Source of the DNA: Octopus vulgaris
Lineage: Eukaryota
Reading direction: 5' to 3'
NCBI GenBank assembly: GCA_951406725.2
Contig: OX597826.1
Coordinates: 24,800,001 to 24,864,000, forward strand
Length of the DNA stretch: 64,000 nucleotides
Positions within the stretch are counted from its first letter, which is position 1; each line of letters opens with the position of its first letter. Position numbers and translations under genes: made by a program. Under the pieces are notes generated by a model that did no database searches, was not told the origin of the DNA, and was given only the letters and a program-made list of their open reading frames with translations. This document shows positions 42,807 to 54,600 of the stretch, piece after piece.

Positions 42807-42867
42807 ATATCTATCTATCTATCTATCTATCTATCTAAATCTCTATCTATCTATCTATCTATCTATG

Positions 42868-42943
<76 letters not shown>

Positions 42944-43042
42944 ATCAAACATGAACAAAGAGAGAACACAACAATGCGAGGAAGTGGAAAAAGTATAGTG
43001 TTATTGGACGCTCAGGAAAGGAAAGAAAAGAAAGAAGGAGGA

Positions 43043-43075
43043 TTTAACTTTTCAAGCGGAGCTCTTCGTCAGAAA
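43043..43075 (-). ncRNA. Minimal hammerhead-like motif, degenerate stem III
   Basis: Minus: ttt-CTGACGA-A-gagc(tcc)gctt-GAAAA-GTT-aaa. Confidence 0.5.
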
Positions 43076-43899
43076 CATAGAAAAATGAAAGGTCCAAGGA
43101 AGGGAAGACGGAGAAAGAAAATCGCCGACTATACACACGCGGTCACATATTGAATGACCAGAAGGATATATATATCTATCTATATATAAAACTGAGAATG
43201 TGTGTGTGTGTGTCTGTCTGTGTGTTTCCCTAAAACTTGAGAACTACACAACCAATCTCATTCAAATTTTACACATGCCTTACTATTTTTACAAAAGTAA
43301 AAATAGCAATTGGTATAAAATTGCATCAATGATTTGAACTTGAATAAGTGGTTTCACATGAATGGGAATAAATTAAAAATAAAATTAGCGTGCAGAAATG
43401 GAATAGTCCAGCTGGAGGTGTGCAATACCCTTTACCACGGCTTTTACATTAGATTATCTGTAATTAGCTAGCATTAAGTATCTATATGAAGTTTGGCTGT
43501 ATGTAATGTCTGTTTTCTCGAACAGCGCTTCTATTGAGTACTGTTATTATTATTACTGTTTAACTATTGTTATCACCTTTGTTGGTTCCTCGTAAGGGAA
43601 ACGTTGTTGTGTTGCATTTGTTAAATAATTGTAAACTGTAACCCTCCCCCTTTGGGAGAAGGGGCTTTGGTTATTGTTTAAAAATTGAATTCTGTCCCTG
43701 TTTGGGGAAATTGACAATATTTTCACCGTTTACACGGAAGCATTTTTGTTAGAATGCCTTCGATAGAAGAAAGTCAAAAAATTTTACCTGCTGCCGTCGG
43801 CGGGTGCGAACTCATTAAAATTAAAATGGAAGAAATACAAACCTATTTCGGACTGATCACCGACAAAGACAGTGAATCTAGGATAACACCACCAAACGA

Positions 43900-44265
43900 A
43901 ATAAAAAATTAAATTAACGAAAATACTATTGTCTATAAAGTATATAATGTAGAGAAAAAAACAATTTGAACACCAGGAGGAAAGCACCATCGAAAAGGGT
44001 CTTGGTGCGACTATGAAAGATATCTAACCAGAGGCGGTAAATTCGCCACAATAGAAGCAAGGTTCGAGTCAACGGAGAGTGCAAGGGAGTACTCGACTCG
44101 AACCCTGCAAAGTGGAAATATTTTATTTTTACCTTTATATCTGGGACATAGGACGTCCCAGATAAAAATTAAATCTCCCCCCAGAAGTAGAGGTAGGCTG
44201 GATTGTAGCCACACTTCTAAACAAGAGGGAGGACAAGATACAATTGATCGAAATTGCAAGACACG
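43900..44265 (+). pseudogene. Decayed, diverged paralog fragment of the 45924 ORF
   Basis: TIVYKVYNVEKK and RYLTRGGKFATIEARFESTESAREYSTRTLQSGNILFLPLYLGHRTSQIKI align with TITYRVYANGKKK and IFLARGIHFGTVVVQFKNESVARKMATRTVKTEKVFLLPS*LGRKTTRIRV. Confidence 0.75.
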
Positions 44266-45923
44266 AGCCTACAATTCCAGTCTGTTATATATTTTGAGTA
44301 TTGTTATCACTAGCGATATCAAAATATAACTTTGTATTTTGTATTTTATGTGTAGATGTATATATATAGATGTACATGTAATATGTACACATATATATAT
44401 ACACATGTAGTATCATGGGCAAAAAAAATGTTTAACTTCTTGCCTAGTGCGAGCCCACAGCAATATCATATCCTAGTGCGAGCCCACAGCAATATCATAT
44501 TTCATTCAAATTTTACACATGCCTTACTTAGGGAGTGTCATCGGCAAAAAGAATTTTAACTTTTTGCCTAGGGCGAGCCCACAGCAATATCATATCTTCT
44601 CCACTACGATTCCCTAAAACTTGAGAACTACACAACCAATTTCATTCAAATTTTACATATGCCTTACTTAGGGTCCATGTAGTTTCATGGGCAAAAAAAA
44701 TGTTCAACTTCTTGCCTAGAGCGATCCCATAGCAATATCATATCTTCTCCACTATTTCAGTATTACTTGTTAAAAGTGAGACAAAAATATTTCTCTATTT
44801 TATGTCAGATGCTTTCACTTTAACAATAAAAATAATAATAACAATTGAATTATATGTAGTAAGTAATAATTAAAATCAAACTAAAGTATAATATAATCGT
44901 AACATACAAAAATAAAAATAGCAATTGGTATAAAATTGCATCAATGATTTGAACTTGAATAAGTGGTTTTACATGAATGGGAATAAATTAAAAATAAAAT
45001 TAGCGTGCAGAAATGGAATAGTCCAGATGCATAATAAAAAATCAAATTAAAGAAAAGACTATTGTCTATAAAGTATACAATGTAGAGAAAAAAGAAGAGC
45101 TAACAATTCCAGTCTGTTATATATTTTGAGTATTGTTATCACTAGCGATATCAAGATATAACTTTGTATTTTGCATTTTATGTGTAGATGTATATATATA
45201 TATAGATGTACATGTAATATGTACACACATATATACACATATATACATGCACTAGCACTATGACCCGGCAACAACGGGTCTTTAATGCTAGTAAATATAT
45301 AAACATCATATAAAAATATATTGTACGCATAAGATCCACTCGACGTTCCATAAGAAATTTAGAAATAAAAATTGCAATAAAAGTTAGAGGTAATAATAAC
45401 AATTGAATTAAATATAGTAAATATAGTAAGTAGTAATTAAATATATTTTATTTTATTAAAATGGTAATTAAATCGTAATATAACAATTAAAAGAAAAATA
45501 GCAATTAGTATAAAATGTATCAAGGACTTGAACTCGAATATGTGGCTTTGCATGAATGGGAGAAATTAAAAGAGGAAAAATTTAATTGAGTGCAGAAGTC
45601 CAGTTGAAGCTGTGCGCATACCATTTACTATAGCTGCTAGATTGAATTATATGCTTATAAAGTAGCATTCAGTATCTATGAGAATTTTTGGGAGTACGTA
45701 ATATCTGGTCTTTCGCATGTAGCAGGTATGTAATTGTGCATTTGTTTTCGTGTACTATGTGTTGTGTTATTGTGCTTCTTATTTGAACCTGTGAGTTGCT
45801 GTTTAATTGTTGATTGTTAATTTTTATCGTTAAACGTTATTGTTACACGGTTTTTTTTTTTTTTTTTTCTCTCTGTGTTGAGACAGACAAGGAAGAAGTG
45901 GGCTGCCCCTCCCTAAGGGAGAG

Positions 45924-47216
45924 ATGGCTAGACGAAGTATGTTCGAAAGTGTGTCAGATTTATCAGCTTCTGAAGAAGAATTTGAAAAGGCGATAAAGAA
46001 AATGGACAAGCAATTAGGCAACGCATACGCAGGAGCGACAAGAACGGAGGAAAGAGAAATAGACTTGGCCAAGTGGCCAAGCTACCAGGCATTTATTAAA
46101 AAGGTCGGCGGTGAAGTAGAGTTGTCACCGCCACCAAAACGAAGAGAGTGGCATGAACGAAGGACCATCACGTACCGGGTTTATGCAAATGGAAAAAAGA
46201 AAATAGAAGTCGTCGGTATGGAAACAATAGAAGAAGTATTAAAAAGAACGGAAGAAGACATAATATTCTTGGCAAGAGGTATACATTTCGGTACCGTGGT
46301 GGTACAATTCAAGAATGAAAGTGTGGCGAGGAAAATGGCAACGAGAACGGTGAAGACAGAAAAGGTGTTCCTTCTGCCCTCATAACTGGGTAGAAAAACT
46401 ACTCGGATCAGGGTGGAGGGGATACCTCCTAATGTTGACGGAGAGTGGATAGTGGCAGCCGTAATCAGTGGATGTGAGGAAGAAGTTGACATCCTCCATG
46501 CTACAGTGAAAGATGAAGGCTGGAAGGGTGCAGTTTTGGAAATAAACGTGCAAGCAGAGGCTGAAATATTGGAACAATTGACTGAGAATATCAGAATGGG
46601 AAGTGTTATCATGAGAGTGTGGGTGGAGGGCAGAGCTCCACGTTGCTACAAGTGTGGCCTGAAAGGTCACATAAGAGCTAACTTCCCTCCCCCATCAAAG
46701 GAAATTGGTGCGGAACCTCAAAGAGAGGTAGTGGCCAACGAGGAAGAGCAGAAATCAATGGAGGAAGACACAACGGAAGAGGAGGAGGTACAAAAGGAGT
46801 GGGAAGAAGGCAGAAGAAGGAGGAAGAGAAGAAGGAAAAAAAATAGTGCTGAACCCCAATCCACCCCAACACTACCCGCACCCTCTGAGACCCACCCTTC
46901 CCCACCAACAAGAAAACAAAAAAAAGAAGGAGCAAACAGACAAGATACCGCAAAAAAACCTAGGCCCAATTTTCTAGGTATTTCGACGAAAAAAGACGTA
47001 AAAGAAATATTGAAAGACTACCACTGGTGTGACAAGGACAGTGATAGGTACGCTGTAATCTCGGAAGAACGTATAGAAGAATTCGTAGAAAAATATAATA
47101 GGAAAAACTATAAAGTGTTTAGATTTGAAATAGATGACGAGATGATAACGGAAATGGAAAAGAGATTTGCGATGAAAATAGAGCACAATGTGTATTACAT
47201 TCAGGATAAAGTATGA
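45924..47216 (+). pseudogene. gag/ORF1-like nucleic-acid-binding protein (~430 aa; RRM-like region plus zinc knuckle) with one in-frame stop
   Basis: ORFs 45924-46385 and 46413-47216 share a frame; TAA at 46383 where the paralog has Tyr; CYKCGLKGHIRANF = CX2CX4HX4(C>F); acidic and basic C-terminal tail. Confidence 0.75.
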
Positions 47217-47225
47217 AGGCCAGGT

Positions 47226-47261
47226 AAGTGATGCTAGCGGATGGGGCCGTTAGCATCACTT
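47226..47261 (+). other. 15-bp stem-loop just after the ORF stop
   Basis: aagtgatgctagcgg-atgggg-ccgttagcatcactt (one G-U pair). Confidence 0.8.
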
Positions 47262-47400
47262 CCATTTTTCATTTATCATTTTCATATTTCATTTTCCATA
47301 TTTATGTAATTGTTATGTTTTATGTCCCCAATGTTTGTATTGTCCCCTCTGTGTAGCCCTTTATGGGTAATAAAGAAACAATGTGTTGTGTGTAAAAAAA

Positions 47401-47482
47401 CATCCTGACGAGGGGAGTGTCAATTTTAAATATATGATATGTTTCATATTAATTGGTGCATCTCCGAAACGGCTCGTAGATG
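47401..47482 (+). ncRNA. Type I hammerhead ribozyme, canonical core
   Basis: catc-CTGACGA-gggga...tctcc-GAAACG-gct-CGTA-gatg. Confidence 0.8.
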
Positions 47483-47745
47483 AACTTTTATGTATTTTTG
47501 TAAATTTGTATATTTATCTTCTATGTATTTTTCTCCGGAATTTTAATTCGTCTTTTTAATATGTCATTGTATGTTTTATTACCCCAAATTTTTAATTTAA
47601 CAAATTTATACCAAACTAGCACTATGACCCGGCAACACTGGGTCATAATGCTAGTATATATATATATTAAATTATGATATATGTGTATGTATATATATAT
47701 ATATATATATATAGGGTGTGTGTGTGTGTGTGTGTGTGTGGGTTC

Positions 47746-47781
47746 CTTTCTATGGAAGAGCGTAAGCTCGAAACCTTAAAG
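47746..47781 (+). ncRNA. Degenerate copy of the 1518 minimal hammerhead-like motif
   Basis: cttt-CTATGGA-A-gagc(gtaa)gctc-GAAAC-CTT-aaag; flanks 47742-47870 match 1514-1645. Confidence 0.3.
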
Positions 47782-47864
47782 ACTTTTTCAATTCCCGAGC
47801 GTTATACTAATACATCTATTGTCTACACCACCTGTCGTCGTCTTTTGTTTTTTTCGTGAATTCT

Positions 47865-47923
<59 letters not shown>

Positions 47924-48206
47924 CAACAATTGAGGGTAAAATTAATTAATTATTAATTAATTTCACCAAGTGTTCAGTATGCAAAGGGACCATTTAAGGC
48001 GAATTCAAATTATTACAATATATAAAAGGGCTTAGTAAAATAAATTACTTTGCCGCATACTGAACTCATTAGAAATAGCAGCTAAAAAACTTTTTTAAAA
48101 ACCATTTCTAATACTTAAAGAAAATCTCTCTCATATAGTGTTTGGTCAACTCAACTCACGAAAGTTTGGGGGTAAAGACATCAAAAAATCAAATGCAAAG
48201 GTTATT

Positions 48207-48258
48207 TGAGAACGTACGTTTCAAGATTAGTCATCACAACACTTCTATCATCAGCTCA
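48207..48258 (-). ncRNA. Type I hammerhead, left palindrome arm
   Basis: Mirror of 48385-48436. Confidence 0.65.
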
Positions 48259-48384
48259 GAAACTCCTTGGTTTGGATTTGAAAACACTGAAAGTGAGAGC
48301 ATACTCTTTCGGCCTCTCATCGATGAGAGGCCGAAAGAGTATGCTCTCACTTTCAGTGTTTTCAAATCCAAACCAAGGAGTTTC

Positions 48385-48436
48385 TGAGCTGATGATAGAA
48401 GTGTTGTGATGACTAATCTTGAAACGTACGTTCTCA
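48385..48436 (+). ncRNA. Type I hammerhead, right palindrome arm
   Basis: tgag-CTGATGA-taga...tctt-GAAAC-GTAC-GTT-ctca; palindromic loop III; imperfect stem II. Confidence 0.65.
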
Positions 48437-48617
48437 AATAACCTTTGCATTTGATTTTTTGATGTCTTTACCCCAAACTTTCGTGAGTTGAGTTGACCAA
48501 ACACTATATGAGAGAGATTTTCTTTAAGTATTAGAAATGGTTTTTAAAAAAGTTTTTTAGCTGCTATTTCTAATGAGTTCAGTATGCGGCAAAGTAATTT
48601 ATTTTACTAAGCCCTTT

Positions 48618-48673
<56 letters not shown>

Positions 48674-49078
48674 GTGTGTATGTGTATATGTCTTTGTCTG
48701 TTTCGCTCTTTGGTTCCCTCTTAAGGTGTCGAGGGGAACTAAGTCTGAGATCCGGTTTCAAATACTGACTGAAACGATTGTTCTTTAATTAATGTATGAA
48801 ACACTCTAAAGAGGAAAAAAAAAAAAAAATAAAGCATAAATATTTAGTCTCATTTTTCCGTTCTGTAATAAGTGATACCATGTGGCAATGTCTAATTAAT
48901 TTTAGTCAAAGAATGAAGAGAATTGAAATAGTAATACATGTTAGTCACCTCCATAGACAGAATGAAGGCTCAAAGAAAGAAAAAAAAGAATATGAAAGAA
49001 ACAAAAAACAATCAAGCAGACCACTTGACGGTGCTCATCGAGGCGTATGATCATGTATATATACACATAAATATATGT

Positions 49079-49132
<54 letters not shown>

Positions 49133-49298
49133 ACGCACACACACAAACACACATATACATACATATATATATATATATATGTATGTATATATATGCGCGT
49201 GTGAGTGTGTACGTACGTTTGTGTGCATTCCTAGACATATACACATACATTTATTTATACATATACATATGCATGTATATATATATATATATATATAT

Positions 49299-49379
49299 AC
49301 CGGAGTAAACACATAAATGTGAGACAAGGTGGAAAAAAGAGTACTCAAATACCAGGGATAGAGTAATATGCTTTATTTA
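49299..49379 (-). mobile_element. Solo 80-bp 3'-terminal fragment of the Penelope-like element, in (TA)n
   Basis: Near-identical to 62148-62226. Confidence 0.7.
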
Positions 49380-49386
49380 AATTAAA

Positions 49387-49447
<61 letters not shown>

Positions 49448-49614
49448 CATATGTGTGTATGTATGTATGCATATATACATATTCATACATATTATATGAG
49501 TGTTATGTATATATATATATCTATATATTCGTATATATGTATGTATATATATATTTGTATATATGTATATATATATTCGTACATGCATATATGTATGTCT
49601 GGGTATATGTATAC

Positions 49615-49646
<32 letters not shown>

Positions 49647-50032
49647 TGGTGCATGTATGTACAAAAAGAGATAAAAGACGACGAAAATAGATGATTTGCA
49701 AGTAAACACAAGACTGATTTGTCAGATTTTGGCTGAGGAATTTCTTATCCTAAGCACTAATAGAGGTATATGAGATAGCTTTTAATATGTAAACACAGTC
49801 CTAAATTTATATTATACGTAAACACACATAAACACACACTAACACGTACACACAAATATTATATAAATAATTACTTTGTAGCATAAAAATATTTCTATAT
49901 GCAAACTTCTAGTAGCATCCTCAATAAAAATGAATAAATTCAATTTCAGACATTATAATATACTAAGAATAACTTACCCGAAAAATCTTGAAAAATTGAT
50001 AATAATGACACGTTGATACACACACACACACG

Positions 50033-50123
<91 letters not shown>

Positions 50124-50147
50124 TCCTTTATTTTTCGTTTGTTCATT

Positions 50148-50484
50148 TTCTTGTTTCAGTCAATTGACAGCGGCCATGCTGGAGCACCGCCTTTAGTAGA
50201 ACAAATCGACCCCAGGACTCATTCTTTGTAAGCCTAGTGCTTAATTTATCGGTCTGTTTTGCCGTTTTGCCGAACCGCTAATGTTACAGGGGCGTAAACA
50301 CACCAACGTCGGTGTCAAGCGATGATAGGGAGGACAAACACAGACGCACAAATACACACACACATATACGACGTGCTTCTTTCAGTTTCCGTCTACTAAA
50401 TCCACTCACAAGGCTTTGGTTGGTCCGGGGCTATGTAGAAGACACTTGCTGAGGGTACTACGCAGTGAGACTGAACTCGGAATC
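50148..50484 (-). mobile_element. SINE family B
   Basis: Matches 1790-2226. Confidence 0.85.
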
Positions 50485-50723
50485 AATTAATATTTAAAGT
50501 TTAGTCATACACTCAACGTCCTGAAGCGTCACGTATGCAAAATGGTATAATTTAAATATATTAACCCTTTCTTCTTCTTCTTCTTCTTCTTCTTCTTCTT
50601 CTTCTTCTTCTTCTTCTTCTTCTTCTTCTTCTTCTTCTTCACTCTGATGAAGCTTCATGTTCCAGATCGGATGTGTTACAAAATATTATGAATAATATTT
50701 TCAGAATTTTCAATGGCAATACC

Positions 50724-50954
50724 TATTTCTTTATTACCCACAAGGGGCTAAACATAGAGGGGACAAACAAGGACAGACAAAGGAATTAAGTCGATTACAT
50801 CGACCCCAGTGCGTAACTGGTACTTAATTTATCGACCCCGAAAGGATGAAAGGCAAAATCGACCTCGGCGGAATTTGAACTCAGAACGTAACGGCAGACG
50901 AAATACGGCTACGCATTTCACCCGGCGTGCTAACGGTTCTGCCAGCTCGCCGCC
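50724..50954 (-). mobile_element. SINE family A with an alternative AATAAA-containing tail
   Basis: Family A head and body; tail ...gtttgtcccctctatgtttagccccttgtgggtaataaagaaata. Confidence 0.9.
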
Positions 50955-51036
50955 TAATTAATTAATTAATTAATTAATTAATTTTTTTTTTATATATCAA
51001 AAGTATTAAAAGTTTAATAAAATATAAAGAGTAAAA

Positions 51037-51129
51037 CACTACGATCGTTTCATGGCTGTACCAATTCGAATAACAATAATTTAAATTCAATTAATACTTC
51101 GAGTTATGGTTACAGTCAATCTTCAGGTT
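51037..51129 (-). ncRNA. Type I hammerhead with long stem II
   Basis: Minus: aac-CTGAAGA-ttgactgta...tacagccat-GAAAC-GATC-GTA-gtg; some stem mismatches. Confidence 0.65.
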
Positions 51130-51326
51130 AATTGAAATATTTTAAAAATAATCAGAAATATTTAAACAATATTTTTAAGATATAAATAATATAATAATAA
51201 TATATATACAAGATAAGGGCAAAAGAAAAATTCTAATGCCAAATATGCCGAAACAAAAAGTGTCAATAACCATTATAATTTATGTGTCTCGAAACAAACC
51301 GATAGAAATTTCTAAAAAATTCGTTA

Positions 51327-51386
51327 TTACCGTATTGGTCTAATTTCGGAGTTAATTCATAAGAATTTTCTCCTCTTCAGCGGCAA
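51327..51386 (-). ncRNA. Type I hammerhead with AUA cleavage triplet
   Basis: Minus: ttgccg-CTGAAGA-ggag...ctcc-GAAATT-agacc-AATA-cggtaa; all stems pair. Confidence 0.8.
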
Positions 51387-51644
51387 ATACGCGAGATATA
51401 AGTGAAATAGTTACTCAAAGGCGGTGCTCCAGCATGGCCGCAGTCAAATGACTGAAACAAGTACAAAAAAAAAAAAAAAAAAAAAAATACCCATGGAAAA
51501 AGCAAGCACAAAGTCCCGAGCAGACCTAAGTACCCCAAATATATCCAAAATAGAAAATCTTCGGCACATCTCGAGACACGTGTGATTCGAACTAGAATTC
51601 TCTCATTCTGTTAAAGTTTCTAGTATATATATATATATATATAT

Positions 51645-54600
51645 TCTTGTTTCAGCTCAAAGCTGCGGCCATGCTGATGCACCGCCGTTTTGTGCTACAC
51701 TGTTATTACGAAGAGCCTCCTCTAATATGTGGCACTTGGTGAAGAATGGAGTTTGATATAGCTACTCTCATTTGCACCTCTTGCCGTGAGGTAGGTTTAT
51801 CTGGGACTCTCAATAGGAAGATGTCCATCTTTGATTTAAAAACCGCTACATCTATTTTGTGCAAGTTCCTCAAACTCTTTGGGAGAATATTAAAAAGCTG
51901 TGGGCCCTTGAAACCCAGACTGTTGCAGTAGCTGGTCCTGAAGCGTGATGGCATTGCTGGGATCTTTGGCACTATGCAGTGTCGTCCCGTTCTAGCATTG
52001 GTGTAGCTCACAATGCCAAAATTTGGCACAATTCCTTCCAGGATCTTCCATACATATATTACTGCATACCTCTCCCGTCTTCTCTCCAGGGAGTAGATTC
52101 TTAGCTGTTTCAACCTTTCCCAGTAGCTGAGCTGTTGCAAAGAGACGATCTTCTTTGTGAATCTTCTCTGGATTGCTTCAAGGTCCGCTGTTAATTTCAC
52201 ACTGGTGGGTGACCATAGCTGTGAGCAGTAATACAGGCGGCTGAGGACGAATGTCCGCCAGAGGACCATCATGGTTTCCTTATCTCTGGTTCTGAATGTT
52301 CTTAGGATTTCACCCAGCCAGTCGTCTGCACTTTGTCGCCATCCTGGTAATGTGCACTTGGAAAGAGGTATCATCACTCATGTCGATATCCAGATCCCTC
52401 ACAGACTTAGGCTCTGGGATTGAAATTCCCTGTGAACCGGTGTACCCTGTAAGTTTAATATTCAGTTTTGGATGCTGGTAGCGCAGGGCCTGGAATTTTT
52501 CAGCATTAAACTGCATATTATTATCCTCAGCCCATCTGTAGATTGAGTCCAACTCCTGCTGCAGGTGTGCAACATCGCTGGGGTTCTGTATTTTCTGCGA
52601 GACTTCCGTATCGTCTGCATAGCTTGCCAGAGTGGCTATCCGGGCATTTGAGGGCAAATCTGAGAGGGCCACTATAAAAAGCAGTGGTCCCAAGACAGTA
52701 CCCTGTGGAACACCGCTCACTATTTGTGTGTTCATAGAGGTGGCTCCATTAACCACTACTGCCCGACTCCTATCTTTCAGGAAGTCATGTAACCACACTC
52801 CAAGTTTTCCAGCTATGCCGAGGTCACGCAGTTTGTGGCATATCATACCATGATCAACCTTGTCAAAAGTTTTTGCAAAATCAAGGTGGATTACGTCCAC
52901 ATTTGATTTGTAACTGCCACAACACCCAGTCATAATGTTGTAAGAGCTGGGTCAGGCAGCTCCTACTTGGTCGAAAACCATGCTGGGTATCACCTAGCAA
53001 GTTATTTTCCTCTAAGAATGCGATTAGTTTCTTTCTGACTATCCGTTCCATGACTTTGCTGATGTGTGAAGCCAGAGAGATAGGCCTATAGTTTTTGGCC
53101 TCTGCTCTACTTCCCCCTTTATGTATTGGGCATATTATTCCCTCCTTCAGCTTGCTTGGAAGTTTGCCATTTATAAGAAAGCCCTGGAAGAGAATCTTGA
53201 GGGGTTTTGCCAGGGCATGCTTACACGCTTTGAGGAGGATTGCTGGGAAACCATCTGGACCAGCAGCTGAGTTTGTGTGCACTTCATCAATGGCTAGTAG
53301 GACATCTCCTTCGCTAATGTCAATATATTCTATTGTAACCGCCTCGCTGGTTATAGGTAAGGCGGCAAAGAAGTCCACTGGTTCGTTCACTTGTCTGTGT
53401 TCCAACGGGATGGTAAAGACACTTTTGAACTGGTCATTCAGCATCTCACTGATCTTAGTTGGGCTGTCTGTGAGGGAGCCATCCTTTTGGAGGAGGGTCC
53501 TATCTTGTAGTGTACTGAGACTGTTTCTTTCGCGTAATGAAAGAAGGCTTTGGGTTTGATTTAATGTTTTTTATAACCCAGGCTTCTTTGTCTGCTTTCT
53601 CCTTCATATAGGATTGTTGCAGCCTTTTTTCGATCTCCATCAGTGTTGTTTTTAGGCGGGACGTTTCGCTACTTTTGGGATGCTGGTTGAGACGATTTGC
53701 AACCTTCATCCGTCGTCTCATGAGGATCTTCCTGTCTCTTGGAATCTTGCTCCTATTTGTTTTGGCCTTGTGCTCTGGGACATATTTCTGGCATACGGCT
53801 TGCACAGAAGACATGAAACATTTTAGTTTCACGTCAATGTCTGGTGTGGAGAGACATTCCAGTCAGTCCTCTCTGAGGATCTCTTTTTGGATCGATTTCC
53901 AATCTGCTTTGTGGAAGTTCAGATTGGAGAGATTTCGGGTGCTTCCTTTAGGCTGTATGTCTCTGGTTACTTTCGGCCCAAACATAGACAGCTCTATTAT
54001 GTTGTGATCGGAAACTAATGTCGGTGTCAGTTTCACATCATGAATGATGTCCATATTGTTCGTGAAGCAGAGATCCAGAATGTTATTCGCCCTAGTTAGT
54101 TTAAGTACAACTTGCTCCATGAATAAGGCGTTGGTGAGGTTGAGCAGGGACTCCACCTATACTTGCTTGCAATGATTCATTCCTGAGAGTATGAGTATTG
54201 ACGGTGGGGAAGTTGAAATCACCAATAAGAAATATGGTCACGTGGTGTTCCAGATTCATGAGGATTTCTTTAATTCTTGTGAGGCAATCTTCAAACTTGC
54301 CTATGTGATTTGGAGCATCCGGTGGGCAATATGTATTGCATATGACAATATTATGTTGTCTTATGTATACAATTAAAGTGTCACATACCGAATTTGAGTA
54401 TGTCATTAAGACCTGGGGTGTGAGGTCATCTCGGATGTATACAGCAACTCCACCATGGCTCCATTCCCATCTGTCTGTTCGCAGTATGGCATAGTTTGGT
54501 ATGTGTACTTCTGCGTCCTCTATATCAGGGCTGAGGTGAGTTTACACGAGTGCTATGCATAGGGCTTGATTGCATGCAGTAAGATCTCTCAGGAAAGAAA

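Larger units (their letters stand above)
43175..47654 (+). mobile_element. Composite non-autonomous Helitron-like element with two 3' ends (45291 and 47654)
   Basis: 5' A|TCTATCTATATATAAAA; 3' gacccgg-caac-..gggtc hairpin followed by CTAG|T at 45288-45291 and 47651-47654; no TSD seen; internal tandem repeats 44420-44750. Confidence 0.7.
48017..48625. repeat. ~610-bp spacerless palindrome centred at 48321/48322
   Basis: Arms are reverse complements with one G/C indel seen; mirrored ORF pairs in the track confirm it. Confidence 0.95.

Noticed and set aside
48142-48504. Identical ORF pairs on both strands
   Set aside because: Consequence of the palindrome
50641-50720. CTGATGA core (also at 38949, and CTGACGA at 4913 minus)
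   Set aside because: No properly placed GAAA, stem III and NUH
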